Below are positions 48,119 to 59,570 of a DNA stretch of 64,000 nt, piece after piece. The DNA is taken from contig JAUCBJ010009072.1 in the NCBI GenBank assembly GCA_032718475.1, positions 26,606 through 90,605 of the forward strand. Reading direction: 5' to 3'. The stretch comes from Nemertoderma westbladi (lineage: Eukaryota; Animalia; Xenacoelomorpha). The translations under genes were made by a program, and so were the position numbers. Under the pieces are notes generated by a model. It did not search any database. It saw only the letters and a program-made list of their open reading frames with translations, and was not told the DNA's origin. Position 1 is the first letter of the stretch. The number at the start of each line of letters is the position of its first letter.

Positions 48119-49567
48119 ATGACGGAATTGATAGAAGATGACCTTGGTATTAGAGAGTGATATACTCTACCTTTACAAGCGTTTGTGGATAGCTTGATGC
48201 GCGGTGAAGCCGATCCGACTATTACGGAGGACGATGGTCGTTATATCGAACCGCCGATGTCCCAAGAGCAACTTACGCGTGAATTGGACTATCGAAAATT
48301 AACCGCTCGCTATACGCATCGTAATGGTACGTATATGGACTTCTTAACTACCGGCCATCCTATCGATTTACATGATACGGACGATATAGACACCGAAAGG
48401 GAAATGGTTCTATTTAAATATCATACCCAGCGGCGTCGTATCGATAAACCGAGAATAGATCACGAAAATTCTATTCGTAACAGACTGGGAAGACGAACCA
48501 ATATGTCTAGAATCTGAGGAGATTCAGCCTATCGCGCTCGGAATATCGACAACGATTACATCCTAGAAGGGTATCAAGGTACACAGTGTCTCACTGCGTA
48601 CAATTATCGCCATGCCAACTATGTTTCTCGACAACGTTGTCGGCTGTGCGCATCGAGAGACCATATTACGTCTATTGACACCAACGATATCTGTTCCTAT
48701 TTCCACGAGCAACCGTCGATGGAAATCTATTGTGCATATTGTCGGCTTAATAATTTGCACATTTTTGCTGTCTGCCCCCAATTTATGACTCAATGCCATC
48801 ATTGTCAATTAAAAGGACACGCCAGTTTCGATTGCCCTTTTAATCACGATTTGGAAAGCGTAGATGAAATGATCACACTACGTTACATCAGAGCTTGGGA
48901 AGCGAACACTGATTTATATTGTGATTCACGCCATCGCTATTATCCTGGACGCGCCTACGAAGGAGTTTATGCGTTCCATCCATATTTGTTTGCCCCCGTC
49001 GAGCAGAAATCGCGCCTATCAAGTTATGAACTATTGAAGCGCGTTGGAGAATGTATTTCAACCAAATATGTACGCAAATTCCTCAGGAGCATTAATCCGA
49101 GTGACATCAATTCGTATAACTTAATAAACTTTATCCGTCAAGATCCGGCCTATGGAGACTTATTTGTCAACTCACACCCTGAGTTACAGGAAGTATATCG
49201 ACGGCCTTACGAGTACAGAGCCCGCGAACGCGAGTTGGAAAGAACCATTAAACCAAGGAAGTTTCTAACTGCCTATGGTCCACCCACGGCCCTCGTTCAG
49301 ACCACTCGTAAAGGACCCGTAAGAGCGGCTGTCTTGAAACGAGCTCTCAAAGCCGTTAGACCCCTCTCCCCGGACGTTGATGTCAATCAACCCGGTACTT
49401 CGACCGGCGGATATACCGATCGCAATCCCATACCTTCTGATGCAATCATATTGCACCCTTCACCCAGGAGTTATAGCCCTCCTCGTAAAGTGGCTCGCCC
49501 CAAAGAGAAAAGGACTCTTGCTAGCTTTAAAAAACTGCGTAAACGCCGTCCGCGCAAGAAAGACTAA
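48119..49567 (+). CDS. Env-position accessory ORF (482 codons, two in-frame TGA) encoding a zinc-knuckle protein with a basic C-terminus
   Basis: ATG 48119, ORF 48185-48517 and ORF 48719-49567 share one frame, broken only by TGA at 48158 and 48515. Motifs CRLCASRDH, CAYCRLNNLHIFAVC, CHHCQLKGHASFDC and KKLRKRRPRKKD. Confidence 0.7.
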
Positions 49568-49645
49568 CTGTTTAGAGTATTTTTATATTTTAGAAACTGT
49601 GATTTTGTATATTTTATAGACTTAAATCCCATTTTCTGGGAGCGG

Positions 49646-50894
49646 TGTAAAAGCTTCTGTGGGATCTAACTGGCCCCTTTTGCTTCGCAATCCAGTTTCC
49701 CCCCAGGCGCTGGAATACTCTAAAAAGGTTCTCTAACTGTATATATATTCCCCTCGCCCGCAAGGTACCGTTACAGGTGTTTTAACGGACATAAAAGTCA
49801 TTCTGCTATATACGTGTTTTGGCGGACATGGTAAGGCAAAAAACCTGTAATGCACCAACTACCTTTCACAGCTTAGCCGTGATGATTCATATTACGACAT
49901 CTAACAGCTGGTTGCTGACATGGAAACAGCCATTGGATGCATGGTTCTTTGTTTGGCTTGAGCCAATCAGAGCGATTTTTCCTGTCGACGTGTAGCTTTT
50001 CGGTCGATCATAAGGAGAGTGTTCAGTCTTACTGCTTTTACTTGATACTTTGTTGTTATTGCTGTCTAAGCCAGAAACACCGGCTTTTTGGGAAGAACTC
50101 TAGTAAACTGCTTAAATTATCGAAAGTATAAACTGTTACCTACTAACTAATCTCAATAACTCACTAATTAACATGCTCACTTAATTTAATTGCATTAATC
50201 ATATTGTTTGTACTGTTATTTTACCGTCAGTTATTAATTGTACCTATTTGTTGATGGAAATATTGCTCTTTGGATAATACGGATAAATCACCCAAATTCC
50301 CAATTTTCTTGATACACTACAGGTTAGAGAGACCGGCTATACATAACAATTGCGATTTATATTAATGTGGTGTGTATTGAATCCAATGTTATTTAGCAGA
50401 CCCTACGTGAGTCAATTGCTGCTCTCTTTATGTGTGATCAAATATACTGACTGTCGGCAGAATAGTGTGTATGATTGTGATTGGTAACAAAGTATTTCCT
50501 AAAGAATACGCTTTATACTTCAATCATAAGCAGTATCGTTGCGTTTTAGTATAAGTCTTAGTTCTGTTTAAATAGATAAAGCGCCACGTCCTAAAGGAAC
50601 TGTTAATATTTCCCGAAAGCCAATAATATCTGTCAGAGATTAATTATTAACGATCTATCGAATAATACAGTAGGTATACACTGCAACCTTACACTGCAAT
50701 AATAAAATTTAAGCATCCGAATTCAGTCTCCCGGGTGTAGATCCATCGGGTGAATGATCGCGCATGGGCTGACTTCGGCTAGTGTTTTGCGTATTAGCAT
50801 AAAATATTGTCGTATGCTAAAGTGGTTTTAATTAACGAAAAGACATATAAATTTTGGCAGGTTAAACTGCTAAAGGTCTTCAAAAGCGCGAACA
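49646..50894 (+). repeat. 3' LTR
   Basis: Copy of 39053-40301, followed by the TSD TATTA. Confidence 0.97.
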
Positions 50895-51103
50895 TATTAT
50901 CTAATTGAGTATTGCGGTCATCGGTCATGCCATGGTCTGATGGTATAGTTCATAGTTTAATAATATTAACTATATATACGTCATTGTTCATAAAATAGAA
51001 CTTTTATAGCGTTACAGCACGAGTGATTTTGTAGTAGAGTAGCCTTGGATACACAATCTCAGTATCTGACTACCAGACTACAGCCTACCTACACACAATC
51101 ACA

Positions 51104-51234
51104 CATGGGCGTTTCCAGTAACCGAGGGGCAAGGGGGGGGGGGGGGGGCACATGGCAGCATGGCCGTGGCATCCAATGGATGCCAACCCCCCCCCCCCCC
51201 CCCCCCCCAATCAAAATTCCTGGATACTCCCCTG
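51104..51234. mobile_element. Small hAT-like MITE with G- and C-runs
   Basis: CATGGGCGTTTCCAG ... CTGGATACTCCCCTG imperfect TIRs; no TSD seen. Confidence 0.5.
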
Positions 51235-52520
51235 CATAGCCTACACAACCTATAATCAGATCACTCACTAACTCACTACCGGTACTCACACAGACACAAT
51301 TTAGCATTATCTCAATTAAATTAGTTAACATTTATTTCTGTATTTAACAATTTAACTGGTATCACTTCTTGCAAACAAGGATAGTGGCTCTAATCCTACT
51401 TCATGTAATTGTAAGCTTAGCCCGCCTCCAAGCCCTTACAGCAGTACAGCCTTATGAAACTACAGCTGTTGAGCTAAATAAAGTTCTGCAGTTTGTTATA
51501 GTAGGCTAAGCTTACTGGGTAATATCCCCCACGGCGTTGTAGGCTACTTGGCTTGCCACTAGTATTGCAGTATCAGAGTATGGGCTGTGGATTCGGTAGT
51601 CTATTAGTTGGTTGGTTAGTCTGTTGCTGTTGTGTCAATGGTACTGGTATGTATGTAGAGTCCAGTGAGCTGTAAATAATTGGCAGCCATCTGGCAATAG
51701 GGAGCTTTTGAGTGACATACTAGTCGTCGGCTCTCTGATTGATCTCAGAGAGGTTATGTTTGGACACCATCTGGCTGGTAAATATCATCTGGCTGGATTT
51801 TTGATTTAATTATATTATTTACAATAACTTCTTCATACAAGCTCTAAATTTATTGTACAAGCACGTCAAGGTGTAGAATTTGAAGCCGGTTCTAATGATA
51901 CTAATATCTCCGTGCCCAAATTTTATTGAGAGTGCCCGTTTAAATTTAAAAATTCCAATGATAAGCTACGGGGATTTCCACTTAAAAACTGCAGAATCCA
52001 GCCCCCATCTGGCTGTACAAAAGACATGAACTGGCTGACTGTACCTTACTGCAGTATACCGGTATAGTTATTCCAGTACGGTATTCCAGTATTCTGTCTG
52101 TAGTTTTATAGGCCTATCCTATCTTCACTTCCCGTCTGCAATAGCCCCGACTGCCTGATAAAGCAGGTAGAGGCACTAGGCTGCTAGGCAGCTATCGGTA
52201 GGCCTACCTCAATTGCGGCGGCTCTAATTTGTTTTCATGGTGGTTTTGTTCACACTACCTGACTACTGCTGTACTCCTGCTGTCCTGTACTTGGTACTGC
52301 CTGACTGCTGACTGCAAACTGCAGAACTGCACTACAGCAGTACTGCAGAAGACATGTATATTGTCTAATAAATAAATAATAAATAATTTTAATTTATTTA
52401 ATAAATCAAATAAATAAATACATTGTTTAATAATTTACCCCGACTGGGGTAGTATCTTCATGTAAAATAAAATGTTTAATAAATAATTATAGGTGTAGAA
52501 ATAAATATCTTATAAAGCAC

Positions 52521-52560
52521 CATGGAATGCTATATATATATCTCTATATAGCATTCCATG
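52521..52560. mobile_element. 40-bp palindromic micro-element with a 7-bp TSD
   Basis: AAAGCAC|CATGGAATGCTATATA...TATATAGCATTCCATG|AAAGCAC. Confidence 0.75.
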
Positions 52561-52859
52561 AAAGCACCAACCAATAAGAAGTCGTCAAAGTTCATTGTAC
52601 GAAATAATGAAAATTGTTGTTTCAGTACTGCTCAGATTACAGTATACAGTACAACACAGTTACTGCATATGTACATAGACTATTAATAGACTATGTATGG
52701 CCTAAATGACTATGATGTAAACAAAGAGTGGAAAACAAGTATTGTTGCACTACCCAAGCCAACGTTCTTGGCCCGGAAAAATTCTTGAATATCAATTCAA
52801 GTCACTTACAAACAGAATTCATACCGAATATTTTCGTTGCAAAGACTGTTTTAACTTTG

Positions 52860-53500
52860 GAAGTTGAACAATAATTTAGGGACCCTATCTGTAATCAAGG
52901 TTACGGATATTGTGTCTGATCCAGATGATACCATACATTCGCATTATTGTGAGGGAACAAGAGAAGTAAGTGCGGCGGCACAACAAATAATTCGAAAGAC
53001 CCGGGAAGAAATTACAAGTCAACAAGTTTTAAAAAACCTCTCAAAGCATTTAACGAAGAAGTATTAGTCAGTGTAAGTCAAACATATGCAGCTGGTCTTC
53101 AATTCAGAAACGAGGTAGAACAAGCTATACCCAGCTATTCCAAGTTAGAGTAGTACAGGGCTTTCAGAAAAACCGACGTGTTTCAGTCCCAACTGTTGTA
53201 GACATAAGGAACCTTTCGCGGTAAACTTGCCTTAGAGGATGACCCTTTCATCGATGAACGCTTTCTATCCTCTTAGCTTTTGATGAAGGCCAGGGCTTTC
53301 CTCTAACTCTATACATACACTAAACTATTTAGTGTTGTAAGAGACAGCATTGTATTGCGACACCCAGATGTTGGAACGCTGAACAACTGTGAGTGGCACT
53401 TTGATTATGAATTAATTAGGTGCGATAGGTAGCTGCAAAGTAGTACATATTTCTTGGCTCTAAGACGATTGTGTGTTTATTTCACTATTCGTGGTTTCCA
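52860..53500 (+). pseudogene. Decayed MULE (Mutator) transposase relic
   Basis: Broken frames give HSH, VD..GTF (about 53198-53216) and FDYEL..GAIGSCKVV..FLGSKTIVCLFHYS (about 53400-53490), resembling the MULE D(F/Y)E...CxFH signature. Confidence 0.5.
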
Positions 53501-54034
53501 CCACCTACAGTAATCTGGTCAGGCAATCTCCCGAGTTTGTAATTGTAAACAACATTTTATCAATCTTCCCCTTTATGAACTTAATTAATTGTAGTGTCAA
53601 AAGACGCACAAGACTCCCCGCTTTCAATTAATATAAGTCATGTGTGAAATGATTGATATTTAATGTGTATTTGAATCGTTCGAAAATCTCTCCCCATAGA
53701 AACCAAGATAAAAAATTAACAGATTACTGCGTAATGACGTCAAATATGTAGCAGCCAAATCACAGCCGATTTCCAAAATTGTCTTCCCACGCTTATTTCG
53801 ACCGTTTCCTCGATTTTATTTTAGAAAACACACCCCGCCACTGGATTCAGGGCACCTTCTTACCCCTTATTCGATTGTTTCTAGCCCAACAATTTTTTCG
53901 CGCACCAACCCTATTCCCAAGCTATTATGAAACGGAAATACGAATTTGGACTTACAGTACTTTATTCTCAGCGTAATGTGGTTCAGCCGCATAGTTACGC
54001 TGCCGTTGGTGCTACGAGAACTGATCAATACAAT

Positions 54035-54817
54035 CGCATCCCAGCTATGTGACACTGTACCATACAACCTGGCGTGTGGTATATCCCGCATCCCAGCTAT
54101 GTGACACTGTACCATACAACCTGGCGTGGGGGATATCCCGCATCCCAGCTATGTGATACTGTACCATACAACCTGGCGTGGGGTATATCCCGCATCTCAG
54201 CTATGTGACACTGTACCATACAACCTGGCGTGGGGTATGTGTATATCCCGCATCCCAGCTATGTGATACTGTACCATACAACCTGGCGTGGGGTATATCC
54301 CGCATCCCAGCTATGTGACACTGTACCATACAACCTGGCGTGGGGTATATCCCGCATCCCAGCTATGTGACACTGTACCATACAACCTGGCGTGGGGTAT
54401 ATCCCGCATCCCAGCAATGTGACACTGTACCATACAACCTGGCGTGGGGTATATCCCGCATCCCAGCTATGTGACACTGTACCATACAACCTGGCGTGGG
54501 GTATATCCCGCATCCCAGCTATGTGACACTGTACCATACAACCTGGCGTGGGGTATATCCCGCATCCCAGCTGTGACACTGTACCATACAACCTGGCGTG
54601 GGGTATATCCCGCATCCCAGCTATGTGATACTGTACCATACAACCTGGCGTGGGGTATATCCCGCATCCCAGCTGTGACACTGTACCATACAACCTGGCG
54701 TGGGGTATATCCCGCATCCCAGCTATGTGATACTGTACCATACAACCTGGCGTGGGGTATATCCCGCATCCCAGCTGTGACACTGTACCATACAACCTGG
54801 CGTGGGGTATATCCCGC
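54035..54817. repeat. 52-bp tandem repeat (ATCCCAGCTATGTGACACTGTACCATACAACCTGGCGTGGGGTATATCCCGC), about 15 copies
   Basis: Directly visible; 50/52-bp alternation at the right end. Confidence 0.97.
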
Positions 54818-56271
54818 AACGCAGCTCTACTTGACTTCGTGGTGTACTACAGGGGCCACTGGCTGCGTGATGCCATGATTGACATCTGGTTTTTTTTACT
54901 ACCTCATAAGTCTCATTTTTTTACATAGATATTAAAAACTTTACAAAATTCAGATAATGTTAAAACCCTTGCATGCCTAGAGGGCTAGTTAAATTTATCC
55001 AGCTCCTGAAACCGGCGCATTTTGGACAAAAATTTTGACATGAAAAGTTCGGAATCTTAGACAAAATTATGATTGTGGGGTTTTCGAGGGTGCTGATTCC
55101 AATTAAATAGTTTTTAGATTTCGTGAACGCATGTTTGTGATACTTTAGGCAATGTGTCACTTTTGTCACTTTCTCGTTGAAACCGGCGCCATAGCATGAT
55201 GCATAGTAAACCATTATATAGTGCGGGCAATGCCCGCGCGCCCGCATAAAAGGGACAATACCCACCACCAGCTGACGTTACTAAGCAACAAATATAAGAG
55301 GGAAATGGTGAAACCTCACCAACCACGGTTCGCGGACAACTAATCACGCCGAGGGCTTTTATAATTCGTTGCCCGCCTTTTCCGATCACAAGCGGCACCC
55401 GGATCTTGGTGCATTCATTTCTCAGCGCCAGGTGTGGCACAACGAACGGGCTCAAATGGCAGGGCTAGTTGGCGGAACGTGCAACCCGACTCCTCGTCTG
55501 CCTGTCTATGTTTTTTGCCCAGTGGGCTTTTTTTGTGGTTCTGGTTTCGATTGAATATATTCGATTTCACCAGGCATATCAAACTTGTATTTTTCGTTAC
55601 TTTGTGCAAAATTTGGTGCCAGCTCCAAATTTTTTAAAATAAGAAAATTTGTTCAATACATAGTATCATATTGTTTCTTGCGTTATACGGGTTTATGAGG
55701 GTACCGAACCCGATGGAATAAATAAAAACAGCACTCGACATCCCAAACTTGTATTCTTTAGTGATGCGATTTTATTGTAACTTTTTTAGTGAAATTAGGT
55801 GCTAGCACCAAAATTTGCCATATTACGCCAAAAAAGACGAGTAGCAATGGTCTGGAAAATTCGAAATGTATTCCATTAGAATGAGCGCCCCAGAAAACCT
55901 GAAAATGTGAATTTATAGCATCGAATATGTCAATTAATATTAATTAAATTTATTAATATATTTTGTGTTCAAACTGAAAAGTGCTGGTTACTTGCTTTTT
56001 TCATTTTGTTGCCTGCGTAGAGGACTAAAACTGCCATTTATAGCAATCAGATCATTTTTAAATATCTTATGATGGATTCAGCGCCCCAGAAAACCTGTAT
56101 TGAAAGAAGATTAGATGAAAATTGTAACTGTAAATTTTTATGAAAATTTATAACTTCTTGATATTTTGGTGCTGCAAAATACCTATTCCAGTTAATTTTT
56201 TTATTTTTAGAAGGCAATAATATCGTCTCATAAAGCGACTGTATGTAATGGGATATATGGCGATTTCCATC

Positions 56272-57545
56272 TTTTTTTATTATTATTACCTTTAATCCAG
56301 GCCTTAGCCCATAAAAGCGAATAATACAAGCACACAAGTCAAGCACAGAGTAAAAGTAAGTAGGTCACTGAAATATTACCTAATTAAGAATACGTGATTA
56401 TTGAATTACTGTAATACTACAAGTACGCGAGGTCTCACGTAAAATAGAATTGCAAGTTGTGTCAATTCTACGCAATAAACTTTGTTTGGAACGGTACCGA
56501 ATATGGCAAAACATTGGAAGGTTTAACTTTCCGAATTGTAGAGACATACTTGTAGGTTCACCGTCGGTAACCCGCGGAATATTAAACAAAAAACGTGCAC
56601 AATTATTGTAAGCCACCCGAATCTTATTGTTAAATATCTGTGAATAGTTATGAGCATTCCACAGACTGTTACAATATGGTGCAATATGCCCGAAAAAGAG
56701 TTACTTTTACCGGTAAAGGAGCGGTACTGAACTTCCTAACGAAAACATTTGCTCTGGCATACAAGCAATGCATTTGTTTAGTTATGTCGTAATCATCGTC
56801 AGTAGTGAAGTGAAGAATATGTCCTAAATAGTTAAACTTATCAACAATTGGAATATATGCACCATATAAACGGATTCTACTGTACATAGCGGAATAGCTG
56901 AGTGAGATTTCGGCAAAAAATATATAATATACATTTAGTTTTTTTAACATTGAAAAGCATTGAATGAAGTTGGCAAATTTAACAATTTAACAGCGGTGTT
57001 AACTAAATTTGTGTAAACCAGAAATTGATGTAGAGATCAAACAAAGGTCATCTGCATACAGTATGTGATTGACTCGTAAAGAACCCACTTTACAGCCAAC
57101 ACCACTGTTGGTTAATATTATACTGTACTAAGATCATCTACATATAAATTAAAAAAGTAAGGATTTAATATACCTCCTTGTTTACTGCGGTTAGACAATG
57201 TAAAATTAGAGGAGAAAACACCATCCCAAATTATACGCATATATTGGTTCCTATACCATAAAGATACAGTATTAGCCGCACAATATATACTGGAACTCCA
57301 CGGTCTAGTAACTTCCGGAAAAGTTTGAAGTGATTTATGCGATCGAACGCCTTAGACGCGTCCAACATACAAATGTAAATAGGTGTATTGTGATAGAGAT
57401 AGTAATGAATTATTTCTTTAATTGTATAAATACATGTTTCCGTACCTGAATATGATTTGAATCCAAACTGTTTCGCTGACGTTTGCAAACGGTCAATACA
57501 CCGATTTAGAATTATTTTCTCAACAATATTTCCTAGAACTGCACC
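56272..57545 (-). mobile_element. 5'-truncated, decayed LINE (RTE-X-like reverse transcriptase through to the 3' tail)
   Basis: QFGFK...TIKEIIHYY...MLDASKAFDRINH, YADDLCLIS, FNYLGHIL and LYARANVFVRKF motifs; (ATA)n/A tail at about 56272-56290. Confidence 0.85.
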
Positions 57546-57680
57546 AAGGGAATGAGAGACATCCCGACCACGGGGGGAGTCCAACGCCGGTAACTCGATG
57601 GGAGTTGGGCGATCGGTGTGGTTTCCTTTACCGTGTTGACCCTCAGTGTTGCTTCCCCAGAAGTAAAGCCGCCCAACGTT
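57546..57680 (-). pseudogene. RCC1-repeat gene fragment fused to the 5' end of the LINE
   Basis: GRLYFWGSNTEGQHGKGNHTDRPTP fits the RCC1 repeat consensus G.(L/V)Y.WG.N..GQLG.G......P. Confidence 0.65.
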
Positions 57681-58203
57681 TAACAATAAAAAAACAATCA
57701 TTTATTTAACACATTGGATATATTGAGTTCCCTTTTGGAGTACGCAGTACAGACACAAAATTTCCAATAATTTTTTAGCGTTTGAATGAATTTTGCTCAA
57801 ATTACTTGTAAACCTTTTCTACATTCGATGCTCTTTCAATACATGTAATACAATTTAAGAAAATCCACCAAAAATGTTTTATTTTACGTTTTTGCCGAGA
57901 AAAAAGTAAAATCAAAGCAATCCTCTGGGTTACTTTTTTTTCCTAGGGATAATAAGTGAAACTTTTTCTCCCGATTTTGGGGCATATTCGAGTGATAAAC
58001 TCACAAACCAAAACACCTTTAAAAACCAAATAATCTTAAATACTACTAGTACAGTAAACTGGTATCAAGTACTGCTCATGGATGATTAGTGGTTACTATT
58101 TCCAAAGAAAGAGCTGTGTTTCTGTCAACACTCAATATTATAATAACTTCCTAAAATAATATAACTTATAATATTCTATCCTATATTTTAGAATGCAACA
58201 AAA

Positions 58204-58275
58204 GGGCTTGTCCGGGAGTCGAACCCGGGACCTCTCGCACCCAAAGCGAGAATCATGCCTCTAGACCAACAAGCC
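58204..58275 (-). tRNA. tRNA-Pro: tRNA-Pro (anticodon TGG)
   Basis: GGCTTGTTGGTCTAGAGGCATGATTCTCGCTTTGGGTGCGAGAGGTCCCGGGTTCGACTCCCGGACAAGCCC folds as a cloverleaf with intact A and B boxes and a TTTT terminator immediately downstream. Confidence 0.95.
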
Positions 58276-58589
58276 GCGATGAAACATCTTTCGGAATTAG
58301 CGATACCAGGAAATTCGAAGTTAAGAAGTCAAGTCAGGAAATATACAGACGGGTAGGCTTAGTAGTAAATGTATGATGTAACATATGGCTGATAATAATA
58401 AATAAACAGTATAAGGGAATGTGGGGGGTTAACATAATGTATTGATGTATAACAACATTACAGACAGCTGTTACTTAGTAACCAACCGCATCAAAATCCG
58501 AACAGAGTGAATGTTTCGAACTGAAAGTAAGGTGAGAGGCTACAGCAGAAATGTGCTGATCTGGATATCAGGCTTGATGACGATACCAC

Positions 58590-59071
58590 CGACAACTATC
58601 TAGGGAGAAAGGAACATCTGCCTGCATAGCTAACTGCCCTACCTATTAGTAGATATGGAATGTCCCTACATAAAACTGCATTTCGGGAAAGTCTGTGTCT
58701 AAGGTATGGGTGGTCTCCCCAACGGATGCCTACAACATGTGTCTGTGGTTCTTCGTTTTCAGTTCCACATAGTATCCACTGCCCCCATGGTGGTTTCCCG
58801 AGTATTAGGCACTATGCCATCCGCATCCGCGACTATCTGGAATCCTCGTTCAATAAACGCGGCATACAGTAAGTGCCGCAGCGTCCATGCTCTAATCAAC
58901 AGGATTAGTTTGCTGTTGTCAGAAAAGCGGGGGACCCCTTACTCGACAACAGTGTCCTTGGTGCGAACCAAACTGAACTTTGCACTGGTGAACTCAGCAT
59001 TGATGTGCCTTCGTGGCTCACGTAGCCACAAATGCAGCGTCAGGGGCAAATCCTTGCTGAGACTGGCATAA
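58590..59071 (+). mobile_element. Internally deleted CRE-clade (RLE) non-LTR retrotransposon C-terminal fragment
   Basis: FRESLCLRYGW..MPTTCVCG..FSV.H...C..GGF...RH and SEKRG.PYS....VRTKLNFALV.SALMCLRGSR motifs. Confidence 0.75.
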
Positions 59072-59570
59072 TCAGCACAGCTGTAGATGCCTAGGTACTG
59101 GGCGTGTAGATACCGTAGATACAGGCACTATTAGAAATAAATCTTGCATAGACAATAATTGTTTTGTAAAAATTAGTGTATTGTTTATTATTGCATTGCA
59201 AGGATACATCCATAGTGTGTACTAGCTGTAAAAAAAGCCGCATCCAACAACTAACCAGTGAGAGCCATAGAATGGCCGGCGCCAGCAGCTAGCGTCCTGT
59301 AGGTCTGATGCTCTACATGGGTGATTAGTATAGGTACGTCCGATTCATTACGTCTACCGGTGCCCTACTGTCCGTTTTCCCCAGCTCCGAACGCGTAAAT
59401 CTTACCGGTGTTGGTAGCGGCAAGCGTGTGGATTCTACCGCAGGTTACTTGAGTTATCTTTCGTGCTTCGGAGCTAAAATAAACAGCAAATATATAAAAA
59501 GGAAAAAAAGAAACCCGTAGACACTAAGGTAAACACAGACATTAAATTTGCAATAACTTTTGAGTGAGTC

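Larger units (their letters stand above)
39053..50894 (+). mobile_element. BEL/Pao LTR retrotransposon, non-autonomous (gag-pro only), 11.8 kb
   Basis: Two 1249-bp TG...CA LTRs, 5-bp TSD TATTA, PPT-like GGGAGCGG before the 3' LTR, and Pao-type Gag and protease. Confidence 0.95.
34293..52046. mobile_element. TA-flanked TIR element (outer shell of a transposon nest; about 1.9 kb once the inserts are removed)
   Basis: The left TIR is reconstituted across the foldback insertion: TA|AGGTACAGT[insert]CAGCCAGTT...CAGCCAGATG. The right TIR is CATCTGGCTG...AACTGGCTGACTGTACCT|TA. Confidence 0.75.

Noticed and set aside
48158-48517. Selenocysteine reading of the two TGAs
   Set aside because: Neither TGA sits in a Cys/redox motif and no SECIS was recognised; point mutation is simpler.
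54259-54878. ORFs over the 52-bp array
   Set aside because: The unit length is not a multiple of three and the ORFs cycle through frames.
54960-56270. Possible piggyBac-like element starting TTAAAACCCTTGCATGC
   Set aside because: No matching right terminus or TSD was found.
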